Assembly: GCA_973895155.1 (NCBI GenBank) | Contig: OZ316891.1 | Coordinates: forward strand, 26,777,972-26,841,971 | Direction of reading: 5' to 3' | Length of the DNA stretch: 64,000 nt | From: Marsupella aquatica | Lineage: Eukaryota > Plantae > Marchantiophyta | In this document: positions 1-12,929 of the stretch, in pieces | Layout of the letters: each line of letters opens with the position of its first letter | Position numbering within the stretch: the first letter of the stretch is position 1 | Made by a program: the position numbers and the translations under genes | Notes under the pieces: generated by a model | Database searches by the model: none | Seen by the model: the letters and a program-made list of their open reading frames with translations, nothing else | Told to the model about the DNA's origin: nothing

Positions 1-334
1 CACAAATGTACATGAACGTTGCCGGTGACACCCGAAACAAATACTTGAAGCGAACAGGATCCTGCTCAATGACATGTGTGAGATACCAGCCACTCCACTC
101 TCTTGACCTTGGCTCAATGTAATTCCCCGAAATATGATGATAATCTCTGCAAAACGCATGCTGAATAATCTGAAAGAGTCGAAGCAAGTTAGCAAAATGT
201 GAACCATTGTCACATCTTTGTGGTGTCGAATTATTGGCAAGAAGAGTGTACAATTGTAGTTGCAACAAGAACAATTGCTGCAAAACAAGAATTGTGGACA
301 ATATTATTTCCAATTCCTCGTTTGAAAGCACCAT
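1..334 (-). mobile_element. N-terminal part of a PIF/Harbinger (HARBI1/ALP1-like) transposase ORF running off the left edge
   Basis: Open frame from ATG at 334 to the edge, absent from the ORF track: MVLSNEELEII...EPRSREWSGWYLTHVIEQDPVRFKYLFRVSPATFMYIC. It matches the 'RSxxW...FxxxFRMSxxTFxxIC' signature. A possible terminus AGGGTCCTGTG next to TTA lies at ~1270-1283 (weak). Confidence 0.7.
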
Positions 335-1868
335 TGCGCAATCTCGGGCACTTGAATAGTTTGACCGGAAAAGGCCTGCACAAAGAATGAAAGTAAAAAT
401 TAATCTATCAGGCACATTGTGGGTTCGATATTCTTTACACATTGGGGCTTCGGTTTCTTCGCACATTGAAAAGCAGTGAATGAGTTCGTCATACGTACCA
501 AGAATTCTAATAAATGAAGATCACAATTGCAATGTCGTGCCAAGAGCGAGCAATGTGGATGAAATCGTAAGCACAGTCCCAACACTGGCGGAGACAACAA
601 ACGTAGTGGCAAGCCGTCACTCTGCTGGAGTCCTTGAGCACTATGTGTGTTAAATGAGCTGGAGTTCGGAGGTTGCAGAAGTTCGCTGCAGGCCGGGAAC
701 AAGAGAAGTGAGCACTGTGCATGGTAATACGGGAGTTTGAAGAAAGTAGAAATGAGAAGCGAGCATTGTCGCATGTAATCCGGGTTATAGAGGGACCTGT
801 GACATTTTACAGGGACATCGTTTGCTACAGGAGCTCCCGCATACCGGCCTGTATTCTCAAGGGTGGAAACGACAGAGAAGGACATGCTACCGAGTGGGAG
901 CATTGCACGTATTGATTTGGAAGATTCTGGTTTGATTTGGTCACCTACTTTTTCCCTTCGTTCGTGGGCAGGTAAGGGCCGGTTTTTTATAGGACTTGCA
1001 CATGCAAGATGACTCTAAGCATAAGACACTGTTTGACACTGGTTAGTTAACCGAGGTCAGAATTTAGGAAAGTAATTGAAGCTTTGAAAGTACCAATTTT
1101 GGTCCTCTGAAAATTTCACAAAAGTTTTGGTGCAACTTTGGTGAAATGAAAATTTTGAATGAGAAATCTTTTGTCTCGTAATCATTTGGACTCAAAGAAG
1201 TACGTGTAAGACAGCATAGGGATAGGTTTGAAAAATAAGGATTCAGAAGAAAAGAGTGTATATTAATCACACAGGACCCTTTATAGTGACATTGTCGATG
1301 ATTACCGGATGGACTACGGGAGTATGAAACATGGCGGAAGTGTCCTTATCAAGTACTGCACTCAGTCCCCTGAGAAAGGAACACTCTGCTCCCCTAGTAC
1401 GTTTTTTCAAAAAAGAGGAACACGAACGTTGTCCTCAAACCTTTGACTCCACATGAGCGAAGTACTAAACCTTTTCCGCTTCACCCGGTTCTACTTTCCC
1501 GCTCTGTCAGCTGTAACGCTCGCTCCCTGCGGTTAAGATTGACCGTGGAGATCGTAAGATGCATCAGAGAGCGGGATGAAGGCCGTCGATCTGAGGGAGA
1601 TTAACCAAGAACCAGTAACTGCGGTTAGAGGAACGTTTGCACGAGTAGTGCCTTATTAAGGATGCGAAGCGAACGAAGAGCTTCACTTTTCATCGACAAA
1701 AGAGGGAACCGAAGCACAAATCTGATACGTGATGCGTTCTGAAGGTGCGCGTTTCTGCTCGTGGGACCCATAGAGAAGGATCCATTAGTCAAGAGCAGCG
1801 CAGATCGAACACGGCGGCGGGAGCTCCGGATGGTTCCGTTGTTGCTGTTGGGTTCTTTTTCGGGGGGG

Positions 1869-2130
1869 GGGCTTGAGAAAGATTTCACTTGATTAAATTT
1901 ACATTGCGCCAAGAGAAACTCTTGTTTGTCTTGTTGTTGTCTAGAGTGATGCACTCGATAGATAGTGCCGATGAGCTGATGTGGATGAGCTGCTCTAGAA
2001 GGATTCTTTGTTGATGTTGGTGTTTCTCTTCTTTTGGGCTTGAGAAAGATTTCACTTGATAAATAACGTCAAGAGAAAACCGTTGGTGTGTTGTTGTCTG
2101 AGTAACAGTACACGATAGGCAATGGCGAGG
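1869..2130. repeat. Diverged direct duplication, ~165 bp spacing
   Basis: gggcttgagaaagatttcacttgat...caagagaaa...ttgttgtct occurs at ~1870 and ~2036. Confidence 0.75.
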
Positions 2131-2609
2131 GTCTGATGGATACGTACTCCTTTGTCTAATATCTTGCTGCTCCTGTCGAAGGATTGCATTCCAAAGTAGA
2201 GGCCGTTGCAGCAAAACGGGAAATGGAGGCTGTTGATTATTAGGCGTTTGAAGGCCTTTCAGGCAATGTACTGCACTTTTTCCTGTGCCGTTGAAATCCA
2301 TCCCACTTCATAGACACAGAGAAGAGCACCTGGGCTCTGCCTGCGCTCCGGTTTCTCTTGTGGGATCTGGTCGGTTACGTACCATTGCAAGCTTTGGGAG
2401 ATTGGGGAGAGCGGCGTACTTGTTCGTTTTGTGTAATCCTTGTGAAGCTCTGGTCAATGGGTTCATGAGAGGAGCAGGAAGAGGATTTTAGACTCTTGCT
2501 GCAGCGGAAGAGAGCTGAGTGACCACACTGATGTGACTGTTGTTGTATCGACGACAAGCTGACCATTCTTCTGGCCGGGATCCGTTGTGCTTTGTTCCAT
2601 TTCACTGAA

Positions 2610-2740
2610 GCCAACTAGACTCTACACTAAGCAACTTCAATGAGATTGATTGTTTCTCGCAGAACAAGACGGCCGTTGCCTGTTTTTGCCGTACTGAGGA
2701 ATCAGTTGGTCATGCAGTCAATTGGGATCGTGGAACGTTT
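2610..2740 (+). pseudogene. Possible decayed LINE zf-RVT fragment
   Basis: Frameshifted read RLYTK...DGRCLF/CRTEESVGH resembles zf-RVT 'RLxT...CxxC...ESxxH'. Very degraded. Confidence 0.25.
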
Positions 2741-3494
2741 CTCTTGAGGCATTCGAATCGGGAAGGAACTGGTCGAGCTTGGAGGATGAGCTGATGGTGA
2801 TGAAAAACAAGGCGAGAAAGTTCCTAACGCCGGCTGACTTGATTGTCGTGTTCTCTATTCTATAGAGCTTGGGAGCAGGAGAGAGGCGGGTAATGCTCGC
2901 TGGTCTCTGGTCTCTGGTACATTGCCTGTCCTACGAGAGCTTGCCCACTTCGAGAATCTGTATTTGTGTGCTCCTGATCGCAGAAGAAAGCAAATAGTAT
3001 TGCAATGTACAATCTCTGGCAGAAAGGAGAGAGGGCGAGTGCTAACTTGATGGTGTACTGTACAGCGACTCCCTCTCTTTCGTTTCGTTGTTCTGTTCTC
3101 TTGTCTGTCCCCATACTCCTTATTGGGTCGCCGCGTACGTTCTACAGATCTCGTTGGAGTTATTTATATATTCAATTCAAGGCAACTTGATGTGATAGAC
3201 CGGGTGATGTTCCAGCTCGTTACATGGGAGAAGCAGCTTGCGTTTGTCGGCAATATTTGATGGTAATTGTGAAACTGTGGACAGATAGGGAGCGGCAGGA
3301 GCGACTGGATTGCTGTGCTTCGTCGTCTCCCTCTACTTTACTTGAAATCCCGCCGACTTGGTAGCAGCTTCATTGTTTCACGAACCGGTCTGCCATCGGA
3401 TTGCAGCTCGATCAGGTCTGCCATCGGATTGTTCGGCTTCAGCAGGAGTAGAGTTTGCTCGCAAGCTGTCTGAGTGTAGCAGTGGCATTTCCTC

Positions 3495-3911
3495 ATGGCT
3501 CGGCGCGTCCCAGTAGTGGAGAACGGGAGCTGCACTTCGTCCAACACCCCATCCAGGGCAGCACGCAGCACACCGGGCAAAGTTGGAGCAGCTAGAACTG
3601 GGTCTATAGCAGACCGATCGTCTGTTGTAACTCCGACCAAGAATGGTCGTGTGCTCCATCCCCCGCCTGATGTCCGCTGCATCGTTGACAAGACTGCAGA
3701 GTTTGTAGCTCAGAATGGCGTGGAGTTCGAGATGAAAATTCTCTCCAATGAGAAGAGGAACCCGAGGTTTAATTTTCTCAAGTCCAAGGATACTTATCAT
3801 CCCTACTATCAGCAAAGAATTCTAGAATTCTTAGATCAGGGGCAGTCTCCTATGAATACAGCGAAGCCCAATGCTTGTAATGGTAACTCGGTTGGCCAGC
3901 ATTATAGGTAA
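3495..3911 (+). CDS. SURP/SWAP-domain protein, truncated derivative of splicing factor SF3A1/Prp21
   Basis: HPPPDVRCIVDKTAEFVAQNGVEFEMKILSNEKRNPRFNFLKSKDTYHPYYQQRI closely matches the first SURP module of SF3A1. The ORF stops at 138 aa; the stop overlaps a possible GT donor. Confidence 0.8.
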   Translation: MARRVPVVENGSCTSSNTPSRAARSTPGKVGAARTGSIADRSSVVTPTKNGRVLHPPPDVRCIVDKTAEFVAQNGVEFEMKILSNEKRNPRFNFLKSKDTYHPYYQQRILEFLDQGQSPMNTAKPNACNGNSVGQHYR

Positions 3912-4537
3912 TCCGTATCAACCATGAGGAGTTCGGTCTGGAAGCACAGGAAACAAGAATCGGAATTACGGGACAGTATTGCCGAGCAAGACGCTGACGA
4001 GTTCCAACCTTTCGCGTTAGGCCTCGAGTTCACTCGGACATCACAGTGACTACCTAGTCTAGTTGAACAGATTGCCGACTACTAATATGCCACATTCCTG
4101 AGTTAATCTGCGTGATCTCTGGCTTTGGGAAAAGGAAAGAGATTGCAGTGCTCTGGTTAATTCAGCTACGAAGTGAATGGAACATGGCCCGTCCAGTTCT
4201 GTACAGAGCTAACCAGTAGTGTGCCACACTTCGTGGCTTTTCCTGATGAGTGCAGTAGTGAATCGCGGAGGCAAATGTGGGTTTTCCAGGGTTGGAAGCA
4301 TTAATGCGGATTAGAGGTGTACCCAACTATTGTACCAGTCCGACACCTGAAGAGCAATGAGGATCTGCAACTGGGTTAAACACTGCCTGAGCGCAAGACC
4401 GGTTCGCCACGGTTTTCACTGGAGTGGGTCTTGGCCTTGACGGTGGCAGTTCAGACAGCCTGATGTATCTCGTCCTGCGCTGGTCCGTCGGCATTCAATT
4501 TCACAGCTCCACTACCGACACTAGTCAACTAAAGGAA

Positions 4538-4775
4538 CATGCACAGTTGGGCCCACAATTTGTCTCAGCAATTGTACTCGCCTCAAAACAACGACGTTCG
4601 TCTTACTGTCGTGTATTATTTGGTTCTAAAGGGCGAATTACATTCGATGTTTTTGCACATGCGCAGTTGGGCCCACAAGTTGTCTCTGCAATTGTACTGG
4701 CCTCAAAACAACGACGTTCATTTTACTCGTGTATAATTTGGTTCTAAAGGACGAATTACGTTCGACGTGTTGTGC
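4538..4775. repeat. Tandem duplication, ~120-bp unit x2
   Basis: catgcacagttgggcccacaa...gcctcaaaacaacgacgttc...tggttctaaagg...cgaattac occurs twice. Confidence 0.9.
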
Positions 4776-5764
4776 ATGAATGTTCAAGTACCGGGTTTTG
4801 GAGTTGTCCGTATTTTCTTTCTCACTACTCTTACTTGTTCTCAGGATATAAGTAAACAGATAATGAAGATAACGATGGAAATACTCGGTGTCCAAACTCT
4901 TTGCATCTCAGGGTTTAAGGCTTGCATACCACATCCGTCAGCAATGCTCAGGGCATCGTGAACATAACATCTTCATGAGTCATGTTCTCAGGATGTACGT
5001 CAACAAACAATGAAGATAACCGTAGTGACGAAGGGTTGACTATCACACTCGTCAGCAATGCTGAGATAAAATTGTGCAACTGTACCACTGTGATCCTCTG
5101 CATCCAATGTTCTCAGTGTTCATTGTGAAATCTAACTCAAAGACGCCCTGGCCAGGTCTGGTAGCTTTCACGTAACTAGGGACTTCAGAGTGAACCTGAC
5201 AGGAAATGGCTTCTATGGTTCGAGATATCATCAAAATCCTCATTTAAGTGAACCCCAGTGATCTTTGGGTCTTATGTACAAATTGAGACAATGTGTTCTA
5301 TCAAATCCACGATTGTTTGGCGCATTCATAAAGAATTGAAACATTGTGGTGAAGATTTCATGAATATCCGCATCGTAAAGAATTTATCTTTTCGTGTCCA
5401 CGATAAAAGCTGCTCAGGAATTTCCCCGTGGTATCATTCGCACGATGAGAATCTACTACGAGGCGATGTCTTGCATCTAAATCCCCCAGCCCATATAATT
5501 CAGTTGAATACTCGAATGCTTCTGCTGATGCTCTCTCTCAGAAGATGATGGAACCATCTACGAAGTCCAGTCATCCTGGATACAGTCGAGCATTTGTGCA
5601 TCGTGACATCTGGTAATAAATTCTTGAAGAGCATGAAAATTACAAGAAGAAAAGGATAGCCGACAGAGGTAACCTACACGAAATGGTTCACTTTTGTGTA
5701 TCGCTTTAGCGGAGGAGCGCACATATTGAATTTTAGTCACCATTAGCACATCGGAAATAATAAC

Positions 5765-6163
5765 CTAAATCTCAATAACCAATCGTTTGGAGGCAGGGCT
5801 TTTCTTTTGTCGCTTATCCCACCTCACACCTAGACCCAGTCCATAGCCGTACCCTAGCCCTATCCCACAACCTACTCCGATACCAAATACTAATCTGAGA
5901 GCACTCCATGGTTCAGTTCCTACTCCAGCGCCCCCTGTGACAGCTACTCCTAATCCAGCTCCACATCCAACACCAATCGCACCCCCGGGCCCAAACCGTT
6001 CCCATGGTTTGCTGTTAGTCCTGTTGGTACTCTGATCTCTAAATAGTCCAAATGTTGAAGTACTTTTCTTCACTTCATCTCCTCCCCAAAAGTTGGTTAT
6101 GGGGGCAATCATTGTTCCTACACTATCTGACATTGCTGCTGCAGTCTGCTGTATTTTGTCCAT
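5765..6163 (-). CDS. Small glycine-rich membrane protein, TGD5/AS8-like family
   Basis: 132-aa ORF with FGPGGAIGVGCGAGLGVAVTGG and VFGIGVGCGIGLGYGYGLGLG (GxGxGCG repeats) and a basic tail. Confidence 0.75.
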   Translation of the reverse strand: MDKIQQTAAAMSDSVGTMIAPITNFWGGDEVKKSTSTFGLFRDQSTNRTNSKPWERFGPGGAIGVGCGAGLGVAVTGGAGVGTEPWSALRLVFGIGVGCGIGLGYGYGLGLGVRWDKRQKKSPASKRLVIEI

Positions 6164-7682
6164 CTTACCTATATCTTGGATCGTGGTTTACCGATGCAGC
6201 AATGTGCTACTGTAACTCTGGAAGATTGAGTCCGTCTTGAAGTCAAAGAGGAGCCATCAATATACGTCACTGCCCATCCTCAGTGAAACATCTCATCACC
6301 AGCCATGAAGCTTTGTTCTCAACAAAGAGGAGCATCTTAGGAACACCTCAATTCCAAAGCCAGTCCACCCTTGTTGAACTTCAGGATATCTGCCTACGTA
6401 AAACATTCAATGACGGGCATCAGAGCGTCTTGGGAAACTTTGCAAATTCCTCCTCAATCTTCCTGGGTCGTCGTTTTCTCAGCCAACGTGCGGTATGCCT
6501 AGTGCTGCAAGCAACGTTTGCCGGAATCAGGACAGATGTCACCAACATAGAATAATCGACCACACTGATAGAATGAGGCCTTGAACAGCACGTTTGCTTA
6601 ATTTTCAGAAAGAGAGTCGAGGTTGAACGAATCCAGAAAAAGAAAGTTGAGTCATCAAGTCCAATCATTGGCCCGACAGACACCGAAAGTGAGCCTATCA
6701 ACAACACCGACATCTAGCAAGTAAGAACTTCACCACGATTCAAGCAAAAGGGCAGCATCTGCTTGACATTTCATGAAGCCAAGAGATAACAGCCTGTCTA
6801 ATCCTCTACAATCCTCTCCAAAACTCAATCAAATTCAAATTCGTGCCTAAAGATGGGACCAGAGTAGAATCCAATGAAGTTCACGACAGTATCCTCCGAA
6901 TTTCGAAGAACGAACAGACAGGAAACTACATGGCCTGGTATTTTTCGGACACTCTAACGTCACAACGCAGAAGTCCATTTTGGTGCACAGTCATCAGCAC
7001 AAGCACACAGCAGGGCCATGGAGAGCGATGAACGAACCGGAGAAGTGAATACATCCGCAAAGCATTGTCTTCCAGAGGGGGGCGTGAAGACGGCTCTACC
7101 TCAAATTCCCGCAAGAGCCTTAAGCACACCGAGCCAAACAACCCACAATTCACCCTCAACAGTTCCAGTTTCCTGACCAAAGAAGCACAATCTCTCTCTC
7201 AGGGCATCTCATGGCAGCAGCAGAATCCTGAATAATAATTGTGCACGAAGCTGATCAGCGAGTGAATGAATTGCCCGTCCAGAAGCCCAACTCTTGGAGC
7301 CAAGAAGGATGCACCGCAGCCGCAAACCTCTCGAGACACAGAAATCCGGAGACGATCCTGCTCTTCAGCAATCAGCAAGTTCCCGGAAGCGTATCTCTGG
7401 TATCTCTTTTGAGCAAAGGGTCTCAAAAGAGTAACCCAGTACACTGAAGAGGTCGAGAATTCGAGAGGGGATTCGTCTCGACTGAATTTCTCTCACCATA
7501 GCCCAGAGAGACGATCGATTTCATTCCCAGTCGAGAGAGAAACGGTCGAGGAGATTAGAAACTCTGTCGTTCTGCCGCGCATGCAGCTGCAGGGGATGAC
7601 CGGGACCGGCCAGCCCGGTAGCGGCAGTGGGGTGTCGAGGACCGGCCGGTCCGGTTTCCGGTAGAGGCTGTTATCCCCCTCT

Positions 7683-8150
7683 TTTCCCAACCATGAAAAC
7701 CGGAAAACGAGCTAGTCAGTTTACGTACCCCCATGAGAAGCTCCTTCCAAAATCCCCAACCATGGAAACGGGGCTAGTCATTCTCCCCATGAGAAGCTCC
7801 TTCCAAAATCCCCAACCATGGAAACCGGGCTAGTCATTTTTACAGACCCCCATGAGAAGCTCCTTCCAAAATTCCCAACCATGGAAACCGGAAAATGGGC
7901 GAGTCATTTTACGGACCCCCATGAGAAGCTCCTTCCAAAATCCCCAACCATGGAAATCACAAAACGGGCAAGTCATTTTATGGACCCCCATGAGAAGCTC
8001 CTTCCAAAATCCCCAACCATGGAAATAGGAAAACAGGCTAAATGTTTTATGGACCCACATGAGAAGCTCCTTCCAAAATCCCCAACCATGGAAATCAAAA
8101 ACGGGTGAGTCATTTTATGGACCCCCATGAGAAGGCCCTTTCAAAATCCC
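7683..8150. repeat. Minisatellite: ~40-bp conserved core with related variable linkers, 7 units
   Basis: Core ccccatgagaagctccttccaaaatccccaaccatggaaa; its ATGAG starts at 7733, 7789, 7852, 7921, 7990, 8059 and 8127 (periods 56, 63, 69, 69, 69, 68). Confidence 0.95.
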
Positions 8151-8560
8151 TGAAAGTGGTTGCAGTTACATCATTCAACACAAGAACCAAACATAACTAT
8201 TTGTGTTTTGAGGCAAGGCAAAGAAAACACTTAGATCCCATAAATATAAAAACAATGAAAAATTGAAAAGTTACACTTCAAATAAATAAATAAAACAGAG
8301 TAAAAAAAATTAACCTTTGGATGGGTTGTCATTAATATGTCAGTGTTTTTTGGTAAATTGCTTGAATTTTCTATTTAATTGACAAACTTTTGAAATAACC
8401 ATGGGTAAAAAGAAACTGTTCGGCTTCTATGATACCGTAAGAGACTCTTTGGTTAGAAACCAATTCATTACCATGGATAGAGGAATACCAAGGGAATGTA
8501 AGAAACCATTAGGTTACCACGTAAAAAAAAACTGGGTTACTTTAACATTTTGCATGGAGT
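8120..8560 (+). mobile_element. Dispersed non-coding repeat family A, copy 1 (continues from the minisatellite)
   Basis: Colinear blocks shared with the reverse complement of 52345-52846: aaattaacctttggat, tcagtgtttt, ttttgaaataaccatgg, aggaataccaagg..taagaaacc. Confidence 0.75.
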
Positions 8561-9218
8561 ACATAAAATGCTACCCAGAATAGTCTCCTCTTTTGTCTTC
8601 TCATCTCCAACTCCAGCCTATTCCAACATGAAACTCTTCACCTCTCCAACTTGTTGATTCACGTCTAACTTACATAACCAAGGGGTCATCAAACTATTTT
8701 TCTATTCTTGGTACCATTTTCAGCTCCACAAGTCTGTGCTACTAGTTTTTAAACAACAACTCATGGGAATGAAGCCCGGTATGAAGGCACCCCGAGCCCT
8801 GCCCGAGCATTAAGCACCCTGGTCGTCTGGGGATGGCAGGGCCTGCCCACCCGGCCCATGTAGGGGCTCTAGCTGTTGCATGCCCTAACTGCAGGTTGCA
8901 GCCAAACTTCCCCTTCCACACTACACACCTCGCCCGACCCCACAACTAGGGTATTACTCAGAACTCAGGACAGCCATAGCTAGAGATTGCGCCTCCCCCC
9001 CCCCCCCCAATTCCTCATAGCTTGAAGGTTGAAGCTGCACAACACAAGTTTGGAGGCTGCTGCTTGCTTGGACCCTGCCATACCTGCTGCCATAGCTTGC
9101 TATATAGGAGACTTTAATCTCCCCTTTTCTCCTTGGCCATGGGAGCCCAGAATAGTTTGACAATGTCAATTTAAAACACAAGGACCATTTCTGAACACAA
9201 GGTTGTGCTCAAACCTCT

Positions 9219-9318
9219 AATACAAGGCCCAGGATGTACTATTCAAATAGAACACCCCAATGGTCCCTCAAATACAAGGCCCGGGATGTACTATTCAAAT
9301 AGAACACCCCAATGGTCC
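9219..9318. repeat. Tandem duplication, ~52 bp x2
   Basis: aatacaaggccc(a/g)ggatgtactattcaaatagaacaccccaatggtcc occurs twice. Confidence 0.9.
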
Positions 9319-9919
9319 ACTGGGTGTTCTCTCTAGCCTCTTTGATTTGATATTGTCTACTTGGTTTTGTTGCATCATTCGATCATGGAATGATTGCAAA
9401 TGAATGCAAACATCTCTTGTTACAAGAAACTACAATTTTGAAATTTTAGAATGCCACATGTTTCTAAGTGTTATGATTGTTTGGCAGGGGTTTGCCAGAA
9501 TATCTATTTGGGAATTGGAGATGACATCTCTATTAATGATGAAGATTATCCATGTCTAGCAGATTTTCCTCTCAAGAATCTAGGTCTGACCTGGAGCTGG
9601 ACTCATTCAGTGATTTGGAAGCTAGAGTACTTGATAATCCTACTGATGTGGATAGGAAACCAGACAGATTTTTGGAGTTGCATGCCATTCTAGAAAGCTC
9701 CAATCCACAGAAAGTTTGTGTAAAAATGACATGGTAGAAAACCTTTCAGGCAGACTGATGATTATGATGGATCAAGGACCTTTCTTTAATGTAGGTTGCA
9801 TGATAAAGGACACCCTTTTTTTCTTAACCTGTGGCTGAATGTGCAAACCCATGTATTCAATTGGCAGCATGCTTGGACAGGTTGGGGCATTCTTGAAACA
9901 GGGTGTGTTTTAATCATTG

Positions 9920-10880
9920 CACATTGCTCGATGTGACCCCTGCCAACGACAAGGAAGACCAGGACCCTCCTCCCGACATCCATTGGTGCCCATCCTTTCC
10001 CTTGCACCATTTGAAAATGGGGAGTAGAATTTATTGGACCCTTTACCCCCATCACACGAAGAGGAAGGAAGCGGTGTATCATTTTGGCCACTGACTATGC
10101 CACCAAGTGGGAGGCCAGAGCCACTGCCAAGGATGATGCCAATACCACTATACGGTTCTTGTACAAATAGATTTTTACACGGTTTGGGCCACCACTAGAG
10201 CTAGTGAGTGATAGAGTCACTCACTTTCTTAATCATACGATTGAGCGGTTGACTGAGAACTACTTGATCACATATCGGAAGACCACCCCCTACCATCCCA
10301 TGCAAATGGGTTGACTGAGCGAGTCAACGGGATCATGGGAAAAACTCTCAACAAAATGGTGCCAGCTCACAAAACTGATTGGGACTTGAAGTTGGTGGCT
10401 GCTACGTATGCTTACAATTTGGTCCCTACACAAAACCGCCACTGGCCACACTCCATACTTTCTTGTGTTTGGCCAGAACTCTTTGGTGCTAGTGGAGTTG
10501 GAGGTGCCCACCATCAGAATCTTGATCTGGGAGAGGGAAGGGGAAGAAAGGAGTGTAGCGGCCCGGATCCATCAATTGGAGGAATTGACAAGACACCCCA
10601 GCAAGACACGAGACAGGCCTTGCAGCTGACTGATCAACAACAAGCCACGCAAAAATTGCATTATGATATGATGCTCATCTCAGACGTATGACCATTGAGG
10701 AGGGAATTCAGTGTTGCTCTATGATAGTCGGTTATGCATTTACCCATTAAATTACACACACGATGGATGGGGCTGTACGTAGTTGACATCAAGCCGAATG
10801 GATCAGTTCAGCTTAAGACTATGGAGGGGCAATTACTCAACACGCGGATCAATCTAGAACACCTTAAGAAGTACTACATG
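9920..10880 (+). pseudogene. Decayed Ty3/gypsy integrase (frameshifts and stops)
   Basis: RCDPCQRQG (zinc-finger CxxC), APFE-WGVEFIGP, ATDYATKW, LVSDR-THF, TTPYHPHANGLTERVNG, DWDLKL, KLHTRWMGLY (GPY/F-like), RINLEHLKKYY. Confidence 0.9.
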
Positions 10881-10931
10881 GAAGAAGAGTATGTTGCTTG
10901 CAAGGGCACTTCACAATTAAGAGAGGAGTTA

Positions 10932-12093
10932 TGTGACGGGGCCATGCCCCCCCAAAATGATCTTAGGGTGTATTGGTGACACACAAATGTAAATAAGTAG
11001 ATTCGTGGCATGCATTTTTGTTGTTTTTCCTTCACTACTCGTTGGAGAAGGTTTGTGTAAAACAGAAGCGGAGGGTTGGTTCTTATGCTTTTTTGAAGTT
11101 TTAGTTAGCGGCCAACCCAATGGAACAGAGGAGGGCGGCCACTGGTGGGTGCAAGAAGAGGCACATGTTTGCCTAATGATCCTCCTGAGGGGGATTATCT
11201 TATTTATTTATTGTGTTTGTCAATGGCCCTTATAGCCGGGAGGAAATTTTGTGAAGTGGCCATCATGGAGGGAGGAGATGGCCATTGGTGGGCAGGCCAG
11301 CAGTGTGGGCCATCCATACGGACATTGGCCATACAGAGATGAAAATTTTGAGCATCTCAGCATCAGGAGTTTATAGTCTTGGTTGGAAAGAGCTCCCCAA
11401 GTTGAATCCAAACAAGGCAAGGCACGTCCCAAACGGAGTTGCGATGAATGAGATATGGATTAGAGCGTTTTGGTGAAAATTCGAGTTTCAGTACTGTACA
11501 GACGTCCATACATCATACAGGTGAGTGACCCTGGCCAACCCCGGCATGATGCCATGGCCAGCAGCCTCCGCCATAATTCCTTGGGGGGTGGTTGTGACCG
11601 TACAAACGAAATACAGGTGATTGTTGTTGAGGTAAAACTTGAACTCGATAAACCATATTTCGGTTGTTTAAAGTCCGTTTTGGGAGCTATTTTGGGGGTT
11701 GCGATCAAGACAGCGGTGGCCATCCAGAAAACTTATGCTTTGGACAATTCTTGAGGCCAAGGTAGTGACAGGCGGAGGCGGCCATGTAGTAGGAAGGCAG
11801 GCCATGGCGTAGATAGGAATTAGTTCAGGTTTCACCTAGTTGTAGTGGTGGCCGGCGAAGGCACCATTGGCTGCCTATTGGTAGCAATAGGGGTTAGCAA
11901 AGCATGTGTGTGCCTCATGTGTTAGGAAATATTTAGGTTAGCAACAACGCTAGAGGGTGGCGGCACTTAATCAAGTTGTTTTGGGATTAACATTCAACGA
12001 GAATAGAAAAATAATCAATTCGGAGTAGTGAGGTGTTCATTATCCCATGAGGCAGAAATTGGGTAGACGACAAGAGGCCGGGGTGCCCATACA
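10932..12093 (+). mobile_element. Putative 3' LTR of the decayed gypsy element
   Basis: Purine tract aagagaggag (10919-10928) follows the integrase, then TGTGACGGG...CCCATACA termini. No partner LTR was seen. Confidence 0.5.
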
Positions 12094-12929
12094 ATGTGTT
12101 ACATTGGCTACCAAAAGATATAGATTCAAATGGTTAATTTTCACTAATTTTTGTGTGATGTTGTCTTGTTTTTCCATAATTGTGTTCTTCTCCTAGAATG
12201 ATTGTGTAGAAAAACTTACACCGTTTGGTTGGCCCTTTGAGTGGGAGTGGTGACAACACTCTGCCAAAGGCCAGTAAGAGCATGAACATGACAGTCCACA
12301 AAACTTGCTCAAAAATGTTGAACATGTGTATATTCGATAGAATTAATTAAAAAATATATTTCTAGGAACTAAAATGAATCTATTCATCCTTGTTAGGAAA
12401 TTAATTGAGATAGAATCCCTTCACTTCCCCATCATATGATACAAAACAATTATTAGTAGAAAAAAATGGTATAAGATAATCATTTGATAAACAAATGACA
12501 CATATCTCATGTATTAGATTTGTGCTTGTATTTTATTGCATAATTATGTCCTTAATGTTGAAGATTCTAAGTTATAGTTTAGGTAACTAAAGTATATTAT
12601 ATTTATAATTAATATTCTTTAATACTTTAATATTTTTTCTTAATGATTTATTTAATATTTTTAGATAATTTCTATTTTTAATTTAATTAAATTAATAAAT
12701 GTTCTAGATGAAATAAAAAATAAAAAAATTCTAACCAAATATAAATATTTTCTAATTGACTTAATTAAATTAATAAATATTCTAAATAAAATTAAATAAT
12801 TTTTATAAAATGATAGATATAAAAAAGTTTTTGTGACAAAATGTTTAAAGTTGTGAATAATGTGACAAGTTTTACATTGTGAATACTCTCAATCAAATAG
12901 TGTAATTTCATGAGTGAATGAGTTAAAAT

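Noticed and set aside
6420-6713. Conserved uORF or bicistronic partner of the Gly-rich gene
   Set aside because: No recognisable homology, and it probably lies in a 5'UTR intron (acceptor-like ttttacgtag near 6395).
7818-8108. Repeat protein ORF (PHEKLLPKSPTME)n
   Set aside because: It is a by-product of 69-bp units; neighbouring units of 56 and 68 bp break the frame.
7683-8150. CRISPR array
   Set aside because: The linkers are homologous to each other (ggg..agtcatttta.gga), there are no cas genes, the context is eukaryotic and the core recurs in a dispersed repeat.
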